A stretch of 64,000 nucleotides of DNA from Acutalibacteraceae bacterium (GTDB taxonomy: Bacteria > Bacillota > Clostridia > Oscillospirales > Acutalibacteraceae), in contig JBMNVN010000004.1 in NCBI GenBank assembly GCA_050946835.1, positions 72,062-136,061 on the forward strand, written 5' to 3'. Each line of letters opens with the position of its first letter. Within the stretch, counting starts at the first letter, position 1. This document shows, piece by piece, positions 56,057-64,000 of this stretch. The translations under genes and the position numbers were made by a program. The notes beneath the pieces were generated by a model, which was not told where the DNA came from, did not search any database, and saw nothing but the letters and a program-made list of their open reading frames with translations.

Positions 56057-57325
56057 TTATCTGATGACGTCCATCCCCATCATATCCCGCAAGACCTTCG
56101 GAACGGTTACGGAGCCGTCATCGTTTTGATAATTTTCCAATATGGCGGCGGTGGTTCTGCCCGCCGCAACACCGGAGCCGTTAAGAGTGTGTATTAAGCG
56201 GGCCTTTTCCGTTTTTTCGCCTTTAAAGCGGATAGCCGCGCGCCTTGCCTGGAAATCCTCAAAGTTTGAGCATGATGATATTTCCACATATCTGCCGTAG
56301 GAGGGCATCCAAACCTCAATGTCGTAAGTTTTGGCGGAAGAAAAGCCCAAATCCCCGGTACACAGGCAGACTACACGGTAGGGTAGTTCCAGACGCTCCA
56401 GAACACGGCAGGCATCTTTTGTAAGTTTTTCCAGCTCATCATAGGAATCTTCCGGAGCAGTAAACTTAACAAGCTCCACTTTGTTAAACTGGTGCTGTCG
56501 GATAAGCCCCCTTGTATCCCTGCCCGCACTGCCCGCCTCGGCACGAAAACATGCGGAATAAGCGCAGTAACAAATGGGCAAGTCATCGCCGTTTAATATT
56601 TCGTCCCTGTGGATATTTGTAACGGGTACTTCCGCCGTGGGGATTAAAAACCAGTCTTCCGTTGTTTTAAAGGCATCCTCTTCAAACTTGGGCAGTTGAC
56701 CGGTACCGGTCATGGAGGCGCGGTTGACCAAAAACGGCGGAAAAACCTCGGTATAACCGTTTGCCGTATGGGTGTTGAGGAAGAAGTTAATTATAGAGCG
56801 CTCCAAACGGGCTCCGGCGCCTTTATAAAAGTGAAGCCTTGCCCCCGTAACCTTTGCGGCGGCTTCCGGGTCAAGAATACCTAAAGATGCCCCCAATTCC
56901 CAATGGGGCTTCGGCTCAAAGCCGAAATCCCGGGGCGTGCCGAATTTGGAAATTTCCGCATTATCCTCATCGGTTTCGCCTACCGGCACACTTTCATGAG
57001 GAATGTTGGGGAACTCGTACATTAAGGCGTCCTGACGGGCGGTTAAGTCCGAAATTTCTCCGTCGTTCTTTTTAATTTGCTCTTTTAGAAAATTCATTCT
57101 CTCCATGAGGGCGGATACATCGCCGCCTTCTTTTTTTATACGGGGAATATCCTTACCGGCGGCATTCTGCTCCCGCTTCATCTCGTCGGTCAGTGTCATA
57201 AGTTCTCTGCGTTTGGAGTCGATTGCAAGCACTTCGTCCACAACGGAGTCCATATCTTTTTTGCGGCTGCGCATAGCGGCCTTCACTTTTTCCGGGGTTT
57301 CACGAACAACTCTGATATCAAGCAT
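56057..57325 (-). CDS. serS: serine--tRNA ligase
   Basis: 422 aa. N-terminal coiled-coil arm. Class II motifs ([30 protein letters not shown]). Confidence 0.95.
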   Translation of the reverse strand: MLDIRVVRETPEKVKAAMRSRKKDMDSVVDEVLAIDSKRRELMTLTDEMKREQNAAGKDIPRIKKEGGDVSALMERMNFLKEQIKKNDGEISDLTARQDALMYEFPNIPHESVPVGETDEDNAEISKFGTPRDFGFEPKPHWELGASLGILDPEAAAKVTGARLHFYKGAGARLERSIINFFLNTHTANGYTEVFPPFLVNRASMTGTGQLPKFEEDAFKTTEDWFLIPTAEVPVTNIHRDEILNGDDLPICYCAYSACFRAEAGSAGRDTRGLIRQHQFNKVELVKFTAPEDSYDELEKLTKDACRVLERLELPYRVVCLCTGDLGFSSAKTYDIEVWMPSYGRYVEISSCSNFEDFQARRAAIRFKGEKTEKARLIHTLNGSGVAAGRTTAAILENYQNDDGSVTVPKVLRDMMGMDVIR

Positions 57326-57395
57326 TATTAATCTCCACCATTCTTAATATTCCACTATATATAGCGATTATGTAAATCTAAAACACTATATATAG

Positions 57396-58274
57396 TTAAT
57401 CTTCCCACACTGAAAGGGCTTTGACAAGTTTCTCAAGATCCTGACGGTCAAAAAAGTCAATCTCCATATGTCCGCCGCTTTTACCTGCCGAACACTGTAC
57501 TTTTACTCTTCTGCCAAGGGCCTCGGTAAGCGCCAACTCCACCTCGTCATAATAGGCTTCCCGTCTCGGCTTAACTTTGGCCGTTTGCGCTTTGCCCCTG
57601 TTTGCGGCGTTGGCAAGCCGCTCCGTTTCCCGCACGGAAAGGCCTTTTTTAATAATTCTTTCCGCAGTTTCAAGCATCTTTTCTTCGTCTTCAAAGGCGA
57701 GCAACGCCCTGCCGTGTCCGGCTGAAATTGAACCGCCCGCCACCCAAGCAAGAATTTTTTCCGGCAATTTGAGCAATCTGACCGCATTTGCCACCGCCGG
57801 ACGGGACTTGCCCACCCTTTTTGCCGCTTCTTCCTGGGAGAGGGAATAGGTTTCAATAAGTTGCTGAAAGCCAAAAGCCTCTTCGACAGGGTTCAAATCC
57901 TCCCTTTGGAGGTTTTCAATAAGGGCAAATACCGCAGCATCTTCATCGCTGAGTTCCCGTATAACTACAGGCACTTCAGATAGTCCCGCCAATCTTGCCG
58001 CCCGCCATCTGCGTTCCCCCGCAACCAGGAGGTAGCCTCCCTCGGCTCTGGGACGAACTAAAAGAGGCTGCAATACGCCGTGCCGGGCTATACTTTCCGC
58101 CAATTCGGCAAGATTATCATCATCAAAGACTTTTCTCGGCTGATTACGGTTCGGCTCAATTTCGGTCAGTTTGAGCTGAACCCGGGACGATGAACCGCTC
58201 CCTTCCAAAGTATTATCCAGAAAGAGGGCATCCAATCCCCGTCCCAAACCGCCAATTTTAGCTGCCATTACCAT
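57396..58274 (-). CDS. parB: chromosome partitioning protein ParB/Spo0J
   Basis: 292 aa. Motifs seen: GLGRGLDAL, the GERRWRAA box, and an HTH. Confidence 0.93.
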   Translation of the reverse strand: MVMAAKIGGLGRGLDALFLDNTLEGSGSSSRVQLKLTEIEPNRNQPRKVFDDDNLAELAESIARHGVLQPLLVRPRAEGGYLLVAGERRWRAARLAGLSEVPVVIRELSDEDAAVFALIENLQREDLNPVEEAFGFQQLIETYSLSQEEAAKRVGKSRPAVANAVRLLKLPEKILAWVAGGSISAGHGRALLAFEDEEKMLETAERIIKKGLSVRETERLANAANRGKAQTAKVKPRREAYYDEVELALTEALGRRVKVQCSAGKSGGHMEIDFFDRQDLEKLVKALSVWED

Positions 58275-58307
58275 CTTCCTTTCCGCAATGATACGACTTT
58301 CCCTGTT

Positions 58308-59114
58308 CTAACGCCGAAATTCAGGATTCATGTCTAGAAATTCTTCTGCTACAGCTTCGTAAGCAAGGCTTCCCTTGGATGTTCTGTCATAGTACAGTAC
58401 GGGTCTGCCGAAGCTGGGAGCTTCCGACAGGCGAACATTCCTCGGAATTACATTTGAATACACCTTTTTAGGGAAAAACGCTTTCGTATTTTCCACAACT
58501 TGATTTGTAAGATTCAGTCTGCCGTCATACATGGTAAAAAGCACGCCTTCCACGTCGATTAGCGGGTTATAAAGACGCTTTACCTGCCTTGCCGTAGTCA
58601 TAAGCTGGGACAGACCCTCCAAGGCATAGAATTCGCACTGTATAGGCACAAGAAAGGTGTCCGCCGCCACAAGAGAATTTATGGTAATAAGCCCTAAAGA
58701 GGGGGGGCAGTCCAAAAAAATAAAATCAAAATCATTTTTTACCGCCGCCAAGGCAAGTCTAAGGCGCGACTCCCGCCGCTCCATATCGTAGAGCAGTACT
58801 TCCGCACCTGCCAGATTCATACTGGCGGGCAACAGCCAAACATTCAAAAATGCGCTGGGTATAATTACTTCAGCGGCAGGCGTCGATTCCACAAGAACGT
58901 CATAGACACTCTTGTTCAGCTTATTTTTGCTTATGCCAAGACCGCTGGTGGAGTTCCCCTGGGGATCCACATCGGCCAATAACACTTTATATCCCTTGGC
59001 ACCAAGAACTGCCGAAAGATTAACTGCGGTGGTAGTTTTGCCTACTCCGCCCTTTTGATTAACAATTGCTACAGTTTTGCCCACTTTTTTGCCTCTTTTC
59101 AGATTTTTTAGCAT
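58308..59114 (-). CDS. parA: chromosome partitioning ATPase ParA/Soj
   Basis: 268 aa. Deviant Walker A NQKGGVGKTTT, and DCPPSLG. Confidence 0.93.
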   Translation of the reverse strand: MLKNLKRGKKVGKTVAIVNQKGGVGKTTTAVNLSAVLGAKGYKVLLADVDPQGNSTSGLGISKNKLNKSVYDVLVESTPAAEVIIPSAFLNVWLLPASMNLAGAEVLLYDMERRESRLRLALAAVKNDFDFIFLDCPPSLGLITINSLVAADTFLVPIQCEFYALEGLSQLMTTARQVKRLYNPLIDVEGVLFTMYDGRLNLTNQVVENTKAFFPKKVYSNVIPRNVRLSEAPSFGRPVLYYDRTSKGSLAYEAVAEEFLDMNPEFRR

Positions 59115-59185
59115 TTTTTGCAGCTAACGAACAAAATTATATCACAACTTATACTTAAATCAAGAAAATAATAGGATTGTAATGA

Positions 59186-59201
59186 TGTTTCACGTGAAAC
59201 A
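59186..59201. promoter_or_regulatory. parS: parS centromere-like site (perfect palindrome)
   Basis: tgtttcacgtgaaaca matches the Firmicute parS consensus TGTTNCACGTGAAACA. The palindrome extends to tgatgtttcacgtgaaacatca (59183-59204). It lies 72 nt upstream of parA. Confidence 0.9.
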
Positions 59202-59337
59202 TCATCAATTTTCAGACACCTCCCATCCTTTTGCTTAACGCTTTTTAGCTAAAAAGCCGACAAAAAACACGAAAGAGCCTCGAAAGACTCTTTTTCTTGT
59301 TCGACAGCAGCATTGAAGCGGACGTTCTCTTTTTAGT

Positions 59338-60054
59338 CTACAACGGCTTTTTGCTTATAATCCCCGATGCTCTGGGGTATTTTGCCGGAGCAGGGGCGGA
59401 ATGTTCTATCAAAATGAGGTTTCTTTCACCTGCAAGGGGCAAGTTAAGGTTTTTAATCTCTTTCAGACTTCCTCCCAAAATACGGATTGCGGTATTTGCT
59501 TCTCCCAGCTCCGCTTTTGCATTTGCGCCTTTCATGGCGACAAAGTGCCCACCCGGGCGCACAAAGGGCAGACAGTATTCCGTCAGGCGATTCAGGGGCG
59601 CGACAGCCCTTGCCACAGCTAAATCGTATTTTTCACGATAACAGGCATTCCCGGCGGCCTCTTCCGCCCGTGCGTGAACAATTTGAGCCTTGAGACCCAA
59701 TTGTTCAAGGGAGGATTCTATAAAAGTCAGTTTCTTTTTTGTGGAATCTAAAAGTGTTACGGATAAATCCGGCCGGGCAATAAACACCGCCACGCCGGGG
59801 AAGCCCCCTCCGGTGCCGACATCTATGAGTTTACCTCCCTGCGGCGGGTCAATAACCGAAAAAAGAGAAAGGCTGTCTACCCAATGTTTATACAGCACTT
59901 CCTCGATTTCGGTAACCGCAGTGAGGTTTAACGACTTGTTTACCTCTAAAAGCAGCTTTGTGTAGTCCTTTATCCGTTCTAAAGACAAGGCATCCAACTG
60001 CAGACCGAAGTTTTCAGCGTATTCTTTTAGCAGTTCAGTGTCAATTATCGGCAT
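59338..60054 (-). CDS. rsmG: 16S rRNA (guanine527-N7)-methyltransferase RsmG
   Basis: 238 aa from the ATG at 60054 (MPIIDTELL...). SAM motif DVGTGGGFPG. It overlaps the mnmG stop by 14 nt. The ORF track extends to 60138. Confidence 0.9.
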   Translation of the reverse strand: MPIIDTELLKEYAENFGLQLDALSLERIKDYTKLLLEVNKSLNLTAVTEIEEVLYKHWVDSLSLFSVIDPPQGGKLIDVGTGGGFPGVAVFIARPDLSVTLLDSTKKKLTFIESSLEQLGLKAQIVHARAEEAAGNACYREKYDLAVARAVAPLNRLTEYCLPFVRPGGHFVAMKGANAKAELGEANTAIRILGGSLKEIKNLNLPLAGERNLILIEHSAPAPAKYPRASGIISKKPL

Positions 60055-61924
60055 TTTTTCCTTCCTTTTCAAGCCAAATGAGCAAAACCGTAATATCCGC
60101 CGGACTGACGCCGGAAATTCTTGAGGCCTGCCCCACATTGGCAGGTCTTATTTTCTGAAGTTTTTCTCTGGCTTCCCGTCTCAGACCGGATATCAGGCTA
60201 TAATCCAGGTTCTCGCTCAGGGTTTTTATTTCCAGCCTCCGCATTTCATCAATTTGTGCCTGCTGCCGTTTTATATAACCCTCGTATTTTATGTCAATTT
60301 CCACCTGTTCACTGACTTCGGGAGAAATATCCGGACGTTGGGGATCAAAGGGAGCTAAACACTCATAATCCACCTGAGGTCTGCGCAGGAGATCCTCAAG
60401 GCATATTCCCGTGCTTATCGGAGATGTTTCACGTGAAACAAGCAGGTCATTGAGGGCTTGAGAGGGTCGGATTATAGTTTCCGCCACCCGTTTCCGTTCC
60501 GTTTCTATAAGACGCACCTTTTCTTCAAAGGCGGAATAGCGCTCTTCGGAGATTAATCCTAATCGGTAGCCCTCGGGGGTTAATCTTCTGTCAGCATTAT
60601 CCTGACGCAAAATAAGGCGGTATTCGGAACGGGAGGTCATCATCCTGTAAGGGTCGGAACAGCCTTTTGTTACCAAGTCATCAATAAGCGTGCCTATATA
60701 GGAAGACGCGCGGTCAAGAATCAACGGTTCCCGGCCTTTAATCCTTGCCGTAGCATTTATTCCCGCTACAAGCCCTTGGGCCGCCGCCTCTTCATAACCG
60801 CTGGAACCGTTAAACTGCCCCGCTCCGAAAAGGCAGGGGAAGTCCTGAAACTCCAGTGTGGGCTTAAGGACAAGAGGATCTACACAGTCATACTCTATAG
60901 CATAGCCTATACGCATAACCCTGCAGTTTTCAAGGCCGGGCACTGTGCGCAAAAACTCCAACTGAACTTCCTCAGGCAGAGATGAGGACAGTCCCTGCAA
61001 ATATAACTCCTCTGTATTCTCTCCGCAGGGCTCAATAAACACCTGATGGCGCTCTTTATCCGCAAAACGGACAATTTTATCTTCAAAACTTGGGCAATAA
61101 CGCGGGCCAACCCCGTCTATAAGTCCGCTGTAAAGTGGGGAGCGGTGGAGATTCTTCTTTACAACTTCTTTTGTTCGCTCATTGGTATATGTGATATAAC
61201 ATAAAGCATTATTCTTTATCGGAATATCTTTTTCGAAAGAAAAGCGGGCAACCTTTTCGTCACCCTCCTGCGGTTCAGTCTTGGAAGTATCTATACTGAG
61301 CCGGTTTACTCTGCAAGGCGTTCCCGTTTTAAAGCGGCGCATGGGAAGGCCCAACTCCCGCAGGGAATCCGCCAAGTCATTTGCCGGGAACATTCCGTCA
61401 GGCCCGCTTGCGTAACTGACATCGCCCACATGAACTTTGCCCGCCAAAAAAGTACCTGTGGCAAGAATAACGCAGCGTGCGGTATAAAGGGTTTTAAGGC
61501 GGGTGGTAAGCCGCCACAGACCGTCCTCGGTTCGGCTGATACCGGTAATTTCGGCCTGAATCAGATCCAGATTCTCCTGAGTTTCAAGCCGATGCTTCAT
61601 ATCCGCCGTATAAGCTCTGCGGTCAATCTGCGCCCGGGGGCTGTGCACAGCCGGGCCTTTGCCCAGGTTCAGCATTCTGCTTTGCAGAGTGTTTTTATCA
61701 GCAGCTTTTGCCATTTCTCCGCCCAGAGCATCAATCTCCCTGACAAGATGACCCTTTGAAGTGCCGCCGATTGACGGATTGCAGGCTATGTTGCCCACCC
61801 AGTCCAAGTTGATTGTGAAAATAACGGTTTTGCAACCCAAACGGGCTCCGGCAAGCCCCGCCTCAATACCGGCATGGCCTGCACCCACCACAACAATATC
61901 ATAATTGTTTGCCGAATAATCCAT
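60041..61924 (-). CDS. mnmG: tRNA uridine-5-carboxymethylaminomethyl synthesis enzyme MnmG
   Basis: 627 aa. FAD motif YDIVVVGAGHAGIEA, and GTSKGHLVREIDALGG. Confidence 0.95.
   Translation of the reverse strand: MDYSANNYDIVVVGAGHAGIEAGLAGARLGCKTVIFTINLDWVGNIACNPSIGGTSKGHLVREIDALGGEMAKAADKNTLQSRMLNLGKGPAVHSPRAQIDRRAYTADMKHRLETQENLDLIQAEITGISRTEDGLWRLTTRLKTLYTARCVILATGTFLAGKVHVGDVSYASGPDGMFPANDLADSLRELGLPMRRFKTGTPCRVNRLSIDTSKTEPQEGDEKVARFSFEKDIPIKNNALCYITYTNERTKEVVKKNLHRSPLYSGLIDGVGPRYCPSFEDKIVRFADKERHQVFIEPCGENTEELYLQGLSSSLPEEVQLEFLRTVPGLENCRVMRIGYAIEYDCVDPLVLKPTLEFQDFPCLFGAGQFNGSSGYEEAAAQGLVAGINATARIKGREPLILDRASSYIGTLIDDLVTKGCSDPYRMMTSRSEYRLILRQDNADRRLTPEGYRLGLISEERYSAFEEKVRLIETERKRVAETIIRPSQALNDLLVSRETSPISTGICLEDLLRRPQVDYECLAPFDPQRPDISPEVSEQVEIDIKYEGYIKRQQAQIDEMRRLEIKTLSENLDYSLISGLRREAREKLQKIRPANVGQASRISGVSPADITVLLIWLEKEGKNADN
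60425..60440. promoter_or_regulatory. parS: second parS site, inside the mnmG coding sequence
   Basis: An identical 16-mer, tgtttcacgtgaaaca, is embedded in mnmG. Confidence 0.85.
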
Positions 61925-61928
61925 TCTT

Positions 61929-63299
61929 CTACTTCCCTACACAAAAAGAGCTGAATATCTCGTCCACCACCGCAGACATTGCTTTTTCTCCGGTAAGTTC
62001 CAACAAACAGTCAGCCGCTTCTTCACAAGAAATCTGCACGGCATCCAATGTTAATCCGTTCTCAAGTCCTGAAATTGCTTCATCTGTCAAAGTCACGGCA
62101 TTTACACAACAGTTACGCTGCCTGGCATTGGCAAGCATTGCCGAAGACGGGTCGAACCCGTCAACACCTAAGGCCCTAGATACCGCCTCGGCCAGGGTTT
62201 CAACACCCTCACCCCGTGAAGCGGATATTTCTACCACTTCACCGGTAATACCGGCTATATACTCTTTATCAAGGGTGCGGGGAAGGTCGGTTTTGTTGAT
62301 TATCGCAATAGAGGGTTTGCCCGCACAGGCTTCCAATAAAATTTTGTCCTCCGCCGTCAATACATCCGAGCCGTCAAAAACCGCCAGCACAAGGTCCGCA
62401 TTTTTTATCTTCTTTAATGCCAGCTCAACGCCTATGCCCTCCACGGGGTCGTCCGTCTCACGCAGTCCGGCGGTATCCGCAAGGCGAAGGGTTAAACCGC
62501 CAAGGGTTATTGTTTCTTCTATGACATCCCTTGTGGTACCCGGGTACTCGGTTACAATTGACCGTTCATAACCTGTGAGCAGGTTCATAAGCGTTGATTT
62601 GCCTACATTAGGGCGTCCGGCTATTACGGTTTTTGCCCCTCGGGTTATTACCTGCCCCGCATCAAATGTTTCCAACAGTTTTTTCAGCCGTTCACTTACG
62701 CCCCGCAAGATGCTCAGAAGTTCCTCATCGGCTATCTGCTCCACCTCGTCATCGGGGAAGTCTATCTTTGCGGAAATTCCGGCAACCGCCTTTATTAACA
62801 AAGAGGTTTCTTCTTTGATTTTTTTTGCCAGATTTCCTTCAAGGGCGCTCAAAGCCGCACGCACCGCCTGTTCACCCTGGGCTTCCACCAAAGACATAAC
62901 CGCCTCCGCACGGTCGAGGCTGAGTTTTCCGTTCAAAAAAGCACGTTTGGTAAACTCTCCGGCTTCGGCAGGCTGTGCGCCGGCCTCCAGCACGGTTTGG
63001 AGCACCTTGCCGGTCACATAAAGGCCGCCGTGGCAATAAATCTCCGCCGTGTCTTCCCCGGTATAACTGTGAGGAGCACGAAAAACGAGGCAAACAGCCT
63101 CGTCAACCGTTTCCACCCCTTTGACTACCTTGCCGAAGTGGGCACGGTAGCCGGGGGATTCTATTAACTTGGCTGCGCTCGCAGCGCTGAACACCTTATC
63201 CGCAATTTGCAGAGCATTAGGCCCGGACAAGCGAACAATACCTATTCCACCGGGCGCTTGCGCAGTGGCAATTGCGGCTATTGTTCGGGAGTCGCTCAT
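61929..63299 (-). CDS. mnmE: tRNA modification GTPase MnmE
   Basis: 456 aa. G1 motif GRPNVGKST, DTAGLRE, NKTDL, and the C-terminal FCVGK. Confidence 0.95.
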   Translation of the reverse strand: MSDSRTIAAIATAQAPGGIGIVRLSGPNALQIADKVFSAASAAKLIESPGYRAHFGKVVKGVETVDEAVCLVFRAPHSYTGEDTAEIYCHGGLYVTGKVLQTVLEAGAQPAEAGEFTKRAFLNGKLSLDRAEAVMSLVEAQGEQAVRAALSALEGNLAKKIKEETSLLIKAVAGISAKIDFPDDEVEQIADEELLSILRGVSERLKKLLETFDAGQVITRGAKTVIAGRPNVGKSTLMNLLTGYERSIVTEYPGTTRDVIEETITLGGLTLRLADTAGLRETDDPVEGIGVELALKKIKNADLVLAVFDGSDVLTAEDKILLEACAGKPSIAIINKTDLPRTLDKEYIAGITGEVVEISASRGEGVETLAEAVSRALGVDGFDPSSAMLANARQRNCCVNAVTLTDEAISGLENGLTLDAVQISCEEAADCLLELTGEKAMSAVVDEIFSSFCVGK

Positions 63300-63316
63300 T
63301 TTTTTACCTCCGAAAT

Positions 63317-64000
63317 TTAAAGTTTTAAGGGTTGGTTCTCACCCTCCAGCCGCAAGGCTATACGGTTAAACGCCAAAGCGGCAGCAGTGTCGGCGGGGAA
63401 CGGTAAACCTTTTGTTGCACAGGAAGCAATTTCCTCGTCTTCAGGCACAACGCCTATGAGTTGTGCCCCGACAGCGTCTATTACCTCATCAATGTTAAGA
63501 AGCTTATCTTTAACAACCGACTTTTTGATAAAGCGGTTAATAATAAGCCTCGGTTCGGTTATCCCCAAATCAATCATTTCGTCTGTTGCAACGGCGCTCC
63601 CCCGCACACAAACCTCGTCGGGGGTTGCTACAATAATCCCTGAATCCGCCGTACCTGCGGCAAGCCGAAAACCGCCGGAAATGCCGGCAGGGGAGTCGGT
63701 AAGAATATAATCAAAATGTTCGTTAAAAGTTTTCAGCAACTCCCTGAAGTTTTCTCTGGTATACATAATATTATAGTTCATCGGAGCGGCAAGCAATACG
63801 GGCCCGAATTCTGTTTGCACTATAGCTTGTTCCGGTTTGCAACGGTATAAAATAAGGTCGCCCCAGTTAAAAACGACCTTTTCCCGCACGCCCAACATAA
63901 GGTCCAAACTTTTTAGGCCGATATCACAGTCAATCGCCAAAACCTTTTTACCAAGGGCAGACAAGGCAGTTGACAAACCCGCTGTAACAGTGGATTTACC
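63317..64000 (-). CDS. MinD/ParA-family P-loop ATPase (5' end beyond window)
   Basis: Reverse translation continues to the window edge through GKSTVTAGLSTALSALGKKVLAIDCDIGLKSLD, which includes part of a deviant Walker A. DSPAG and VVPEDEE motifs resemble MinD. Confidence 0.8.
   Translation of the reverse strand, partial: GKSTVTAGLSTALSALGKKVLAIDCDIGLKSLDLMLGVREKVVFNWGDLILYRCKPEQAIVQTEFGPVLLAAPMNYNIMYTRENFRELLKTFNEHFDYILTDSPAGISGGFRLAAGTADSGIIVATPDEVCVRGSAVATDEMIDLGITEPRLIINRFIKKSVVKDKLLNIDEVIDAVGAQLIGVVPEDEEIASCATKGLPFPADTAAALAFNRIALRLEGENQPLKL

Noticed and set aside
57326-57395. T-box leaders upstream of serS (also checked for argS and leuS).
   Set aside because: The upstream spacers are too short: 70 nt for serS, an overlapping DUF1934 gene for argS, and 1 nt for leuS. 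None contains a T-box motif (AANNNGGGUGGNACCGCG).
59240-59257. Perfect 18-bp A/T-rich palindrome gctttttagctaaaaagc between rsmG and parA.
   Set aside because: It is almost pure A/T with GC only at the ends. It is probably part of a weak terminator or a chance sequence. It does not match parS or any operator I know.
1-64000. Looked for CRISPR arrays, rRNA/tRNA genes, transposases, integrases and prophage genes.
   Set aside because: I saw no spaced direct-repeat arrays, no recognisable structural-RNA genes and no recombinase-like ORFs. The only mobile-looking content is the AbiE pair, which has no associated recombinase.

Overview
The window looks like a chromosomal segment from a Clostridia-class Firmicute. 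This is inferred from gene content and order, Gram-positive sortase/LPXTG biology and AGGAGG-type ribosome-binding sites. No database search was possible.

Most of it is housekeeping:
- Glycolysis: pgk-tpiA-gpmI.
- Cell wall and translation: ddl, DUF1934-argS, rocD, maf, a Nudix hydrolase, efp, pepP, rpsU, and the nadD-yqeK-rsfS-leuS block.
- Thiamine uptake: a TPP riboswitch controlling thiT.
- An origin-proximal-type block: serS, parB-parA, rsmG-mnmG-mnmE, with two perfect parS sites.

Accessory content:
1. A sortase-assembled pilus island at about 37.8-51.4 kb. It holds a class C sortase, a second small sortase, a dedicated type I signal peptidase, a 1540-aa LPETG tip-adhesin-like protein, a major pilin, an LPQTG base-pilin candidate and a decayed duplicate of the pilin-sortase module.
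2. An AbiEi/AbiEii (type IV toxin-antitoxin / abortive infection) pair inserted on the opposite strand between the two sortase genes.
3. Two unusual regulator candidates next to the island: a pseudo-receiver/coiled-coil protein, and an AraC regulator fused to a Cys-motif sensor and a degenerate GGDEF domain.
4. Three tandem paralogs of an uncharacterised lipase-like alpha/beta-hydrolase.
5. An orphan His-rich ZnuA-like lipoprotein paired with a secreted PHP phosphoesterase.

I saw no rRNA, tRNA, CRISPR array, transposase or integrase. All functional calls come from motif and family recognition by eye. All coordinates were checked against the printed sequence where stated.
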